64,000 bases of DNA from Podarcis liolepis (lineage: Eukaryota), in assembly GCA_965112155.1 (NCBI GenBank), contig OZ218109.1. The stretch is one strand, 5' to 3'. Both the position numbers and the translations under genes were made by a program. Of the stretch, positions 1 to 10,366 are shown piece by piece (the stretch's first letter is position 1; the number at the start of each line of letters is the position of its first letter). Below the pieces are notes generated by a model, which made no database searches, was not told where the DNA came from, and saw only the letters and a program-made list of their open reading frames with translations.

Positions 1-1
1 C

Positions 2-225
2 AGGCCTGTTGGCAGACCAACTCTGCATTACAAAGGTATCTGCAAATGTGACATGAAGACTGGCAACATTAACCCCGTCATATGGGAATCCCTTGCTGAT
101 GACCGCAGTGCCTGGAGACAAGCAGTCAGGACATGCAACCATAGCAGTGACCAGAGGAGGAAGGAGTGCTGAAAGAAAGCATTTCTCTCCACATCGGTCT
201 CTATAGCCACACCAGGCACTGTAAC
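2..225 (+). mobile_element. RTE-clade LINE 3' fragment (end of ORF, internally deleted)
   Basis: From position 2 the frame reads RPVGRPTLHYKGICKCDMKTGNINPVIWESLADDRSAWRQAVR, typical of the RTE ORF C-terminus, followed by HIGLYSHTRHC (remnant of the terminal zinc finger). Confidence 0.8.
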
Positions 226-297
226 CTTCTAACTGTTTGGCTTCATTTCTAAAGGTTCAGTCCTCTATTGTCTCCCAAGACAGATGGATCTCAACAG

Positions 298-600
298 CCC
301 TTTATATATATGCATTTTGGTATGCAATTTTGTCTTATAGACACAATTTTCCAAAGCATTTCCCCCCAATACAAAGTATTTTATATGCATTTTTCACTAA
401 TATATATGCATTTTTCTGCACATTTTACCCCGGTGCATGCATTTTTGCACAGGTGACTTGGCTAGAAAACTGAATTGCAAAATTCGGAGACATGCGAATT
501 TTGAAGGATGGTAGTGTCCAAAACACATTGTTTTGGAAAGTATGAATTAGGTAGGTTCACTTTTGAATGCCAACTAAAACCAAGGTCTCCCCCAGCCCTA
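298..600 (-). mobile_element. Old AT-rich non-autonomous DNA transposon (hAT-like, TAGGG.. terminus)
   Basis: The reverse complement begins TAGGGCTGGGGGAGACC..GTGAACCTACCTAATTC, matching copies at 6437, 8188 and 55083; the interior is rich in TGCAT motifs. Confidence 0.55.
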
Positions 601-624
601 GACTTGACTCCCATAATAGAAATA

Positions 625-805
625 GAGCAGGCAGCTCAGTCAAAGAGCCTTTGCTTGACATGCAGGAAGTTCCAGGTTCCATCCCTTACATCTCCAAGCA
701 GGGCTGTGAAAGATCTCTTCCCTGAAACCCTGAAGAATCTGCTCAAGACAATAATAAGCTGCATGGACTAATAGACTCAGTAGAAGGCAGCTTCCCATGT
801 TCCTA
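625..805 (+). mobile_element. tRNA-Ala-derived SINE with CR1-like tail (degenerate)
   Basis: GCAGCTCAGT..AGAGC..TGCTTGACATGCAGGAAGTTCCAGGTTCCATCCC..CATCTCCA head and AAGGCAGCTTCCCATGTTCCTA tail; several other copies lie in the window. Confidence 0.65.
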
Positions 806-1380
806 GAGTAGGTCTGTCGGATCTCTAGATAATGCCTTGTTTTACTGGACCTGGGTCACCAAATCTACAGGCCTGGATGCTACAGAACACTGAGAGGAAA
901 GAATACAAGACAGCACCACGCTGTTATGTTTCATCCCTTTATCTAATTGGCAGTATTATGCTGCTCTATCCTTGTCCTCCTCTCCTTCCAATTGGCCAGG
1001 CGGTACAGGAAGAAGCAGATTAGTGAAGTGGAGGCAAAGGGAAGAGGGGACACAGACCTGCATGGTATTGGTTATTAGTTGCGTGCTCACCCTCCTACCC
1101 TATAGGGCAGTGGTAGTGCCACCAGTTGCACCACGAGCAGTGGAAATGTGTTTGCACTTTTACTTATTTTTGTGGTTATTTCCATTACCCCCCTTCGTCA
1201 CTACGATTCCCGGGTAGTTTACAACAAATTCACATCACTACAGGAGATCAAATAAAATATAATCATCACAGTAGATTTTCATCAGTTTCCACTTACAGCA
1301 GACAGTTGAATTATTTTAATTCTATTAGCCACCCAAACATTTGCACGAATACACAGGCCTCACACAGAAGCTTATCAGAA

Positions 1381-1422
1381 TTGGTAACTGCCTCATTGGT
1401 AACTGCCTCGTTAGTAACTGCA
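1381..1422. repeat. Short tandem duplication, 15-bp unit, about 2.7 copies
   Basis: TTGGTAACTGCCTCA TTGGTAACTGCCTCG TTAGTAACTGCA. Confidence 0.8.
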
Positions 1423-1919
1423 TTAGTTGTTTCCTTGTATGGAAATGCCTCCCACTTCACTGTTCCACCTCAACCATTTCCACCTGGAAATGAGAGGAAT
1501 GGAGCACCTGGCCTACTCAATATCCACACCACATTTTGGGCAGGTTGGCAGAAGCTGGTGGCCACAATGGTTGATTTTGGGGAGATATTGCTGCTATCTT
1601 TGTCATAAGCCCCTTTGAGGAGGAATGGTGGGAGCCACCCCCTCCCCCTGCTCCTTATCCAGATCCTGAATCATCCCAGGAGCAGGAGGATAGTATAGAT
1701 TTGGAATAGTGGTTTGCACAGGGACATAGTTCAGAAGGCAGAAGCTGGGAAATACTGCATGGGGAACAGGAGAAAAACACTGGAAGAGAGAGGGTTAACA
1801 GATTCACAGTCTCTGGACAGCATTCCTCCACTCAGCCCAAGGTCAAGAAGAGCTCAGAAAGTCTCAGAGAAGAAAGCACAGTGGGTACGAGCTCAGATTA
1901 CAAGATGTAGGAGCAATGG

Positions 1920-2471
1920 TGTGATGGCCTGGGAAACCGATTCAGAGGCTGAACCGGAGGAATCCCAGCCTGCACAGGAGTCCACGCCTCCAGGGCCGGC
2001 TGAACTGGGGCAGGGCCTTGATTCTGAAGCACCTGCACCTGTGCCGGATCCTCAGGAGCAGGCACTAGGTGAATCCACTCTGGCTCCAGAGGTGGTTGAG
2101 GACTCAGTGCCTACAGGTGAGTCTCCCCCTGGGTCCAGTAACCCTTCAGCCTCTCCTGAACTGCAGAGGCTCAGGGCAGAGAGGCGAAGGGAACTGGTTT
2201 CTCCCAGGAGGAGTGCTCGCCTTAAGGCCAGGAGAGGCTGATTGGCCTCAGAGAAGATAAAGGCCAGTCAGCCCGGTCCCAGGTTGCGGGAGCAACATCG
2301 TTGATGAGCTGTTTCGGCCAGCATCCAGTTCTGTTTCCCCCCAGTGTTCCTGTCCCCGCCCGGCTTCCTGCTTCGAACCTCACCTCGCTCCTTGTGAACT
2401 GTTTCCAGCCCAGTGACCCAGGACCAGACTTTGACTACGCCAATGGTAACCTTCCCTCCGGGACCAGCACA
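1920..2471 (+). mobile_element. Gypsy-like solo LTR (family B) nested in LTR A
   Basis: TGTG...CACA termini and a GC-rich interior; it interrupts LTR A exactly, with an imperfect 5-bp flanking duplication (aatgg/gatgt). Confidence 0.7.
1924..2241 (+). CDS. Putative LTR (U3)-encoded 105-aa acidic/Pro-rich peptide with basic C-terminus (..SPRRSARLKARRG)
   Basis: The ATG lies 4 nt inside the LTR B start and the frame is uninterrupted to TGA at 2239-2241. There is no expression evidence. Confidence 0.35.
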   Translation: MAWETDSEAEPEESQPAQESTPPGPAELGQGLDSEAPAPVPDPQEQALGESTLAPEVVEDSVPTGESPPGSSNPSASPELQRLRAERRRELVSPRRSARLKARRG

Positions 2472-2515
2472 GATGTAGTTTAATAGGGACGGAAGGTGGT
2501 GTGATGCTTAATTTG

Positions 2516-3439
2516 TTTTTGTTTTTTTGTTTTTAAAAAAATAATATTTATTAAAAGTTTAAGAATTACAGAAAGAATTAAAAAAGAAAGAGAAAAAGTA
2601 AACAATACAAATCAATACATTACAGTACATATAAAAAATAAAAGACACAATACATCAAAACAAAAACAAAAGCAAAAACAATTAAAAACACATCCAATAT
2701 TTCCATATCTTTATCTTTCATTAACTTGTTTCATCGACCTCTTCACACCTCCCTTTTTGTGTTCTAGTTATTAATTATTTCAGCAAATCCTTTCCATCTT
2801 TCACTGTTTTCTGTCATTTAATTATCTTAATTTATTTTAACCTTATCTTACCATTAAAACCCTAAAACTTATTTATACTTAACTCCTTATAGCATTTCTA
2901 CTAAAGCCAAATAGTTTCATTCCAACATTTTTTCTAACACTCATTAATTTTACAGTATTTCTCTAAATGAATTTTTAAACTTTCTTCCAATCTTCATCCA
3001 CCGTCTCTTCTTCCTGGTCTCGGGTTCTATCAGTCCTTTCTACCCATTCCATTTAGTCCATCAACCTGGTGATCTTCTGTCCGAGGCTCTTAACTCTTTT
3101 CCATGTCCCTTCTGCAGATCTTCTTCATATTTATACATGCACTTTACTTTATCTTCTGCTGATCTTGTTCTTAATTTCCTTCCTTTGGCACTGAGGAGTA
3201 GATCTCGGGGAAACTCCAACCTAACAATGTCTTTATTCCTTCTTGACAGGTCAGCCCATTCTCCATAGTCAGAACTAAAGTCCAAAAGATATTTCAGAGC
3301 GTGTTTCAGAGTCCCTCCAAAGCTAAAGGCCCCCACAACTCCAATCTCCCCCTGACCCAAATCCAGATCCCAGAAGCCAGAACATCCCTGCATAAGGGGA
3401 TCTATCCAACTTTCCTTCTCCAATCCAAGTGGGGCTCCA
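2516..3439 (-). mobile_element. 5'-truncated L1-derived element (ORF1-like C-terminus joined to ORF2 end, 3'UTR and A-rich tail)
   Basis: Exact 18-bp TSD GGTGTGATGCTTAATTTG (2498-2515 and 3440-3457); AATAAA and A-rich tail on the minus strand; RDQEEETVDEDWKK resembles the squamate L1 ORF2 terminus. Confidence 0.85.
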
Positions 3440-3744
3440 GGTGTGATGCTTAATTTGGAGCACCACCATTTCTAGGAGATATGTTCTTTGTTCTCTCACT
3501 GTGATTATTAAAGTTTCTAACTGGTAAAATGTTCCTTTCCTTTGATCTTCTTATCTACTGTCACAGGGGGAGGAAGCCGATTCCCCGAAGCCTGACAATG
3601 AGTAAATATGTATTGCAAGTGGTGGAAAAATTACTATACTGGATCCATATTTATATCCTACCATTTCAGAAAACCACCCCTCTTTGAAGATGATTTCTGA
3701 AAGATCCACAGCTTCCAGGCCTGAACTTTAATTCCATGGCTTAT

Positions 3745-3965
3745 TCTGGCACCCATGTGTCTCAAGAGACAATGTTGTGCGCCTCTGGGGGTGAAGCCAA
3801 ACTGCTATGTTAGCAGCACCAATGTGACCTCCCTGGGGCACAAGTCTGAGCAGTGTGTATGCTCAGTCCTGGCATGCCCAAATGACAAGACCCTATCTCT
3901 CGGCTTCACCGTTGTGGTCCAAAGGAAAGCAGAGCAATACCAGCTTGGCTGCAGGAAACGGAAGG
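3745..3965. mobile_element. Interspersed repeat fragment, probably a non-autonomous RTE derivative
   Basis: Resembles a common lizard repeat (GTGCGCCTCTGGGGGTGAAG..GGTCCAAAGGAAAGCAGAGCAATAC); recognised from memory only. Confidence 0.4.
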
Positions 3966-6436
3966 TTTTCCTGAACTGAAAGAAGTGTCTCAACTCAGAA
4001 GCCACCTTTAAAAATACTTTTCTGGTATCAAGTCCCAGTAATGTTGATTGTTTGTCTTATATTCTAGCTGTCCCTATTTATTTATTTTTGCACATCTGTG
4101 CCTCTTTTCTGCCCATGCCTTGTTTAAATGTTGTTAGGTTATCAACTCCCAACAAGTCACAGGTCCCGCCTGCAATATACATTTAAAGCATGCTAAGAGA
4201 CCCCTCCTCCCTTCACGAAGCTGCAGTTCTGAAAGTTGGTTTAATGATCGAGGGGACCTCCACAGGGTGTCTAAAAATAAACTTTCTAAGTGGCGTAATG
4301 GTCTAATCTTGTTTCTAGTACACGGATATGTAATGAGTGCGCATGAGCACAAAGCACCATGCAGGGTGCAGTAGATGCCGTTTCACATAAAGGAACGCAT
4401 AACTGGCCTTCCAGAACTCTCTATCAGGCCCTCAGGCCTCTTCCCAAGCCACACTCCTCACAACCCTTGTTCTGTGCCCTCCTCTTGTGATTTTACCTGG
4501 CCAGAACATTTCCTTGAATTGTGAGAATACCTCTTGCATACCTTGACGGAGGATGGAGAGTGGTACATGCCTGGGCAGGCCCACTTTCGCCACTCTCACC
4601 GCTGATATGTGGCCCCTGGAAGGTTACCCATGAGGGGAAGTGGCCCTCAGGCTGGAAAAGTTTCACCGCCCCTGTTTCATATGCTGACATAATGTATTGC
4701 GTTTTCAAAATATCAGTTTCCTGTAAGCCGCCTTGTAAAGATTTGTATCCTGGACGAGGAGATATAAATAACTGAAATGAATAAATGAATAAACTTCCCA
4801 AATATACATAACAGATTTTCTTCCATACAGAAACACCAGTTTTTGTTATTCTCACTCAAAAGCAGGAGGGGAAGCAAAGACGCTGAGCCAAAAGACCCGC
4901 AGCATTGCAATATGTAGCATTTGCAATTCATCTTCAAGAATAGTGTCAATATTGATGGAGTTTTATATAGATTCCAACAAGGAACAGTAGGCTAGCGCAG
5001 GCAGATATTTACTTTTGGGAATTCCCTTTTGGGCTTCTTTTTTTTGTTAAAAATCTTGCTTTATGCACACAGTACCACAAATCCCTAGAAATGTACCATG
5101 CTATTATTGCCAGCTGAGTTCTTCCAGGCAAAGATGACATCAGCCATCTGTCACGTTATACTAATCCTGGGGAGGAGAGCCAACTGTAGAGAGAATAAAT
5201 ACCTTTTTATATCTATTAGCCAAATATTTACATTAAAAATGAAATGATTAAAATCTCACCAGACAAGCTGATGATTCCCTCTCAGTAAGCTATACAACCA
5301 GAGTGTGTTTGTAAATGTAGTTTTAATAGCTTTAAACAGACTAAACTGCAAGCATATATTAAAATGGATGTCCCTCTTGATATTTTTCAAACAACAAAAA
5401 TACTTTCCATTAGGAATCTAGAAAATTCAGATTTAATGTAAACACATAGTTTTTGTTATTCTCACAAGTTTGCCAGCGTAGGCTATTTTTTTTTTGGGGG
5501 GGGAGGCAATTGGGACTAGATGTTTAGAAAACAAGAATGTTTAGGGGGGGGGGTCCTGTGCATTCAATTTGGAACCATTCTCTATAATGATGAGGTCTAG
5601 AAACTTGTGTTTTTAAAATGAAAGAAAAACCATATGTCACTCTCTTTGAGGGCAGAGGAACACCATTTTGGCACTTGCTGATTGGAATTGAAAAGCGATG
5701 TACACAAAGAGGTAAGTTCAATAAATTATTCTTTATTAATCTGTCAGGTTCATCACTGGATTACTCTGATCTCATAACTTGCTTTTTCTCATGGCAAAGA
5801 GTACCTGTGAATTCTGAGGTACTTGCTCCTAGGGATTTTGGAGAATTTCAGTGAAAACGGAGAGGGGGACAGAAATGGCCAGTTTGCTTATTCGTCCCAT
5901 GTCCTGAATGGAAACAGATCCAGTGAGTACAACTGATATTCACTGTTGTTGCTGCCTCCAGTCAGCAAACAATACATGACTGATTACATTTCCACCCCCC
6001 ACCCCCTGCATATGACTTGCATTTCCTTTGCATTGAAATCAATGGGGTGGGATAACGTAGCGATAATGCAATTTACGTAATTAATTATGTAAACTATGTA
6101 AGTTGCATAATTTCATCTCAATGGCCAGTGAGACAGATAAAGTAGTTTTGGGTAGAAGATTAATTGCAGCTGAACTATTACAGTGCTACATGGGATGAAT
6201 ACAAGGTGGAACAGGAAATGATTCCTTCAGACATCACTACTATGTATCGTATGTATGATGATCCCTCAAGCAGTTGCTCTTCCTTGGTATTTTCCTGATC
6301 ATACTTTTCATGCCAGTCTGTGGAGTGGTCTTGCCCACATCTCCACCTTTGCCTTGCGTCTCACCATTTCCAAGAGCAGGGCTCCATGTCGCATCTTGAC
6401 AGATTGAGGAAAGTTTTTGGGAAAGGGTCTTGGAGT

Positions 6437-6690
6437 TAGGGATAGGGGAGAAATTCACTTCACATTTAGAGGTGAACCTACCTAATTCGCACAACCTGAA
6501 ACAATAGACGAACATAAACACACCCACCCCTCGAAATTCACACACTTCTCCAAATTTCGCAATGGAATTCTCTAGCCAGGTAATGTGGGCAAAAAAATTT
6601 GCATATAATGAAGCACATTATTTGGGGGGAAATCACATTGCCAAAAAAAAATGTGTATCAGGCAAAATTGAGTACGAAAGTGTGCTGAAA
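6437..6690 (+). mobile_element. Old hAT-like non-autonomous element, 5' part
   Basis: TAGGGATAGGGGAGAAATTC..GGTGAACCTACCTAATTC; same family as 298-600. Confidence 0.55.
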
Positions 6691-6699
6691 CAAGTCCCC

Positions 6700-7086
6700 T
6701 TTAAGAATGTTTACAACTTGTGGGCTTTTTAGTTTAGGAAAAAAAGCAAGGAAATGAAAACATGGTTGAGAAAAAATCTGCATGCTGTGAAGAAAGTGGG
6801 ACGGCACTGACCTCCATCTTAGATGACTTAAAAAGAGGTCTGAGTCAATTCACAGAGGATAAGCCTATCAATGAGGTCTAGTTATGGTGACTGTATGCTA
6901 CTTTCCTGATAAAAGGCAGTGTGCCTCAGATTGACATGTTCTGTGGAGCAATGCTAGGTGAAAGCTGTCACCTTCATATGTTGCTTGATGGCTTCCAAAG
7001 GCATCTGATTGGCTACTGTGGAAACAGGATGTTATACTGGATGAGCCTTTGGCCTCATCTATCAGGACTCTTCTTATGTCCTTATG
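6700..7086 (+). mobile_element. Degenerate CR1 LINE 3' end
   Basis: TTAGATGACTTAAAAAGAGG..GAGGATAAGCCTATCAATG and terminal CTTCTTATGTCCTTATG; homologous to 59975-60220. Confidence 0.65.
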
Positions 7087-8187
7087 GAATTCAACCAGTT
7101 ATGCTAAACAGACTTACATGACTATAGAGGTCAAAGTGCTCTGTTGAATGACACTGATCTATCCATTAACAGCTGAATGAGCTTCAAATAAAAACCCACA
7201 TTTATTAATTTGTAATACTGGTCCATCTGAGGATTGCCTCAGACTGCGCTCTTATCAGCAAAATTTATAATCTCATTACAATCAACAGTACTACAGGTAC
7301 CAATAAATCACATATATATATTGTCCTGAAGTCTCAAATATTAAATCAATCTTGACCTCCAGCTACTATTTCATTTCTAGATTGTATTTGATTTCTAACT
7401 TTGCAGTCAATCTAATTTTGATGGCACAGCAGCATTGGGCTGGCAGAATAAAGTTCAGATACTCATACCTGAAACAAACTGCTGCTTGAAATGTATGAAC
7501 AATAGTGAGCCAAAAGCAAAGGCATCTAGCAGATGCTATCTGTTTATAGGAACTCCTGAGAAACTCCAGGTCTGAATGAAAAAGCAACTTCAGTACAGCC
7601 AGCCTATTAGTTCAGAAAACACATGTTTTCATTGAAAGGCAATAGAAAGGCTCAGGGCAGCAAATGGTGCCTTCACACTGCACAGTGTTGAAGGGGACTT
7701 CCTCACATTTCATGTACCAATCCTTGCAAGCAAAGTGATTTGGGATCAGACATAACAATGGAAATTGAAGACGCCTGCAAAATATAGATTGTTCTTTAAA
7801 ATCCTCAGTTGAGGGGGGTGGGTGGAATTAGCTGAGAACAGTTTAGAATAAATATAGGCATATTTATAAAACAAAATCAAATCGATATGGCTCAGCATAA
7901 TCATGTGTCAACACAGATAAAATCACATTACCTAAGAACATGGGAACTTGAACTGATAAAAACTTAAATAACATTCCCAACATGAAGCTTAAGGCTCCAA
8001 AAGGAAGTTCCAGAACTAATTTCTAGAAGAAAATGTTGTCTGTCTGTAACAAAAATACCAAAGTTCCAGTTTATAGACTTCATATCAAGTTAGTTGCAGG
8101 TGAGCAAAAGGAACTGTGGACTGCATCCAAGCTAAGTTCATAGAACTTCATCACCATTGAAATTCATGGAATTAGGTGGTTGTAACT

Positions 8188-8608
8188 GGGGATTGGGGAG
8201 AAACTGGTTTGGTTCACATTTTAAAGCATACCTGCCAAATTCCTGAAATAATACTTGAACTGAAACAGACTTCTCTGGTGCAGTTCTCCAACCAAAAAAA
8301 AAAAAAAAAAGTATACAGAAATGTGTATGTTAGCGAAAAGTGCATACAAAAATGCACATATTAAAGAAAATAATGTACAAAAATGCATTTTGATAAGGGA
8401 AAAATAGCTGGTAAAATATGCATATTCTAGGCAAAATTGTATCCGAACATTCAAATATTGGCAGAAATGTGCATGAAAGCACATGTGAATGTTCATGCCG
8501 ACTTTTTAGTTTAGAAAATTGCAAAAGTATGCAGAAATGGGGCAAACTGATGATTGGAAAAATTAGAAACTAAGAAAAACCATAATTGAGAGATTGGTCT
8601 ACCCCCTA
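8188..8608 (+). mobile_element. Old hAT-like non-autonomous element
   Basis: Same head, TGCAT-rich core and tail (..TCTACCCCCTA) as the other copies. Confidence 0.55.
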
Positions 8609-9652
8609 GTCTAGATCCAGCCTATGGTGGACAGGGGGAGCTGCTGTTTATACAAACCAGGTTTTAAATAAATATGCTTAGTGCTGGAAATCCATATTTA
8701 TCCCATCATTAGGCACCCACACAGAACCTACCCATAGCAAATATTGTTGGATTCCAACCCCCACTAGCCTCACCAGCATGGCTAATGGTGAGGAATGATG
8801 GGAGTGAACAACATCTGGAGGGCAATCAATTCCACATCTCTGCTTTAAATTACTAACACATTTGTGAAACCTGAATTCCATAGTCCAGGTTCAATAGAAC
8901 ACACCTGAGTTCTAGAGCTGTTGTTTCTTATTAATACTAATGTAGACTGAGATTGAAACTCAGCTCAAAGCTGAGTAGGGAATCTTGTAACAGCAGGTAA
9001 ACATAGTCGTAAAATGTGAGAAACGTGAAGTGATATAATTTAATTTGGGTGATAACCCAAATATCAGGAGAACTGCAGTGATGTTATTGCTTAGTCGTGT
9101 AAATAGTTTAATTAAATGAGGCAAACTTGAAGTGAGATCTACAGTGTGGTTATGAGACTAACATTGTGCCTGGAAGGTGAAACTTATCTGATCCATGCTC
9201 CCATTTGAAACAGGCATCTGTTCTCTTTGGGTGCTTCTGCAATCTTTAACAGGTTATCAGCAGAGGAACATCACTTCAGAGCTGCACAAGGCTGTTGATT
9301 ATTTTTTACATTAAAAGACCATTTGAACTTTCTGCTAAGTTAATAACAGCTTGATCCGCAAAACTGCTAAATCAAAGTATCTGCATTCTGCTGGCTGGAT
9401 CCCTCTGAAGTTAATAGGACATAACAGCTGGAACTTGGGATGCTGCTGTTGTGTTAGCTACAGAGGTAAAAACGGAGGTGGGAACTGCTTTAGCTAAACT
9501 GATTCCATATCTTTAGCCCCCCAACATGGTGCCCTCTGAATGTTTTGGACTACAACTCCAGCCAGAGCCAGCCACAACATCCAGAGGGCACCAGGTTGGT
9601 GAAGATTGTATTAAGAAAATGGGGTGATGCTTTAAGAACCCCTTATTGTATT

Positions 9653-10366
9653 CAGGGCCGTCTTAAGCATATCCGGCACCGTGGTGCAAAGATCCCTCCG
9701 GCGCCCCCTCCCTTCCCCAGAATTTAGAACTTGGGGCCCATCTCATAGCCCCAGGAGCCGCTGCCCACAGAAGACACCGCCAATGTGATGGACGCAGCAC
9801 AGCTGACCAGACTGCTGGAACCCCATGCTCACTTGCAAGGCTCCAGGGTGCCTCCTCCTCTTCTGCTACTTGATGACAGCCCGCTTTCACTCCTGCCCAG
9901 GAGTGGAGGGGTGGCGGCTGGCACCGGTGACACGGAGGAGGCCCCTCGGGAGCCACTCCCACCACCACCGCTCCCACCACTTCCTCAGACGATGACAGTA
10001 GCTCAGTGGGCGGTTGCTGAGGGGATTTCCGTGGCTGAGGGAGAGGAGGAGGAGGAGGCAGCCCATCCTCAGCCGCTGCTTCAGAGTCGAAGAGTGGCTC
10101 CTCGTCCGCCACAGCCCATGCCACTGCCGCAGAGCACTTGTGGGAGCAGCACAAGCAGCAGCAGTAGCGCCAATGTGCCCGCCGCAGAGGGGGGGCAGGC
10201 CGAGGAGGGTAGGAAGGAAAGATGGTTGATGGGGCACAGCTGGTGGTGTGCAAGGAAAGGGGAGGCCACCGGCAAACTGCGTAGCTCCCCCACTCGCTGG
10301 GGTGCCCCTGAGAGGCCGGCGCCCTGGTGCAACAAGCCACTAAGCCCTATGGGAAAGACGGCTCTG
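9653..10366. mobile_element. GC-rich non-autonomous hAT transposon (714 bp)
   Basis: TIRs CAGGGCCGTCTT / AAGACGGCTCTG and an exact 8-bp TSD ATTGTATT (9645-9652, 10367-10374). Confidence 0.9.

Larger units (their letters stand above)
1601..3597 (+). mobile_element. Gypsy-like solo LTR (family A) split by two later insertions; pieces at 1601-1919, 2472-2515 and 3440-3597
   Basis: TGTCA...TGACA termini. The rejoined pieces align colinearly with the uninterrupted minus-strand copy at 24304-24770. Confidence 0.75.

Noticed and set aside
1714-1923. N-terminal part of the 175-aa ORF as a host gene
   Set aside because: It spans the junction of two different LTRs and starts at a non-ATG codon, so it is a chance fusion.
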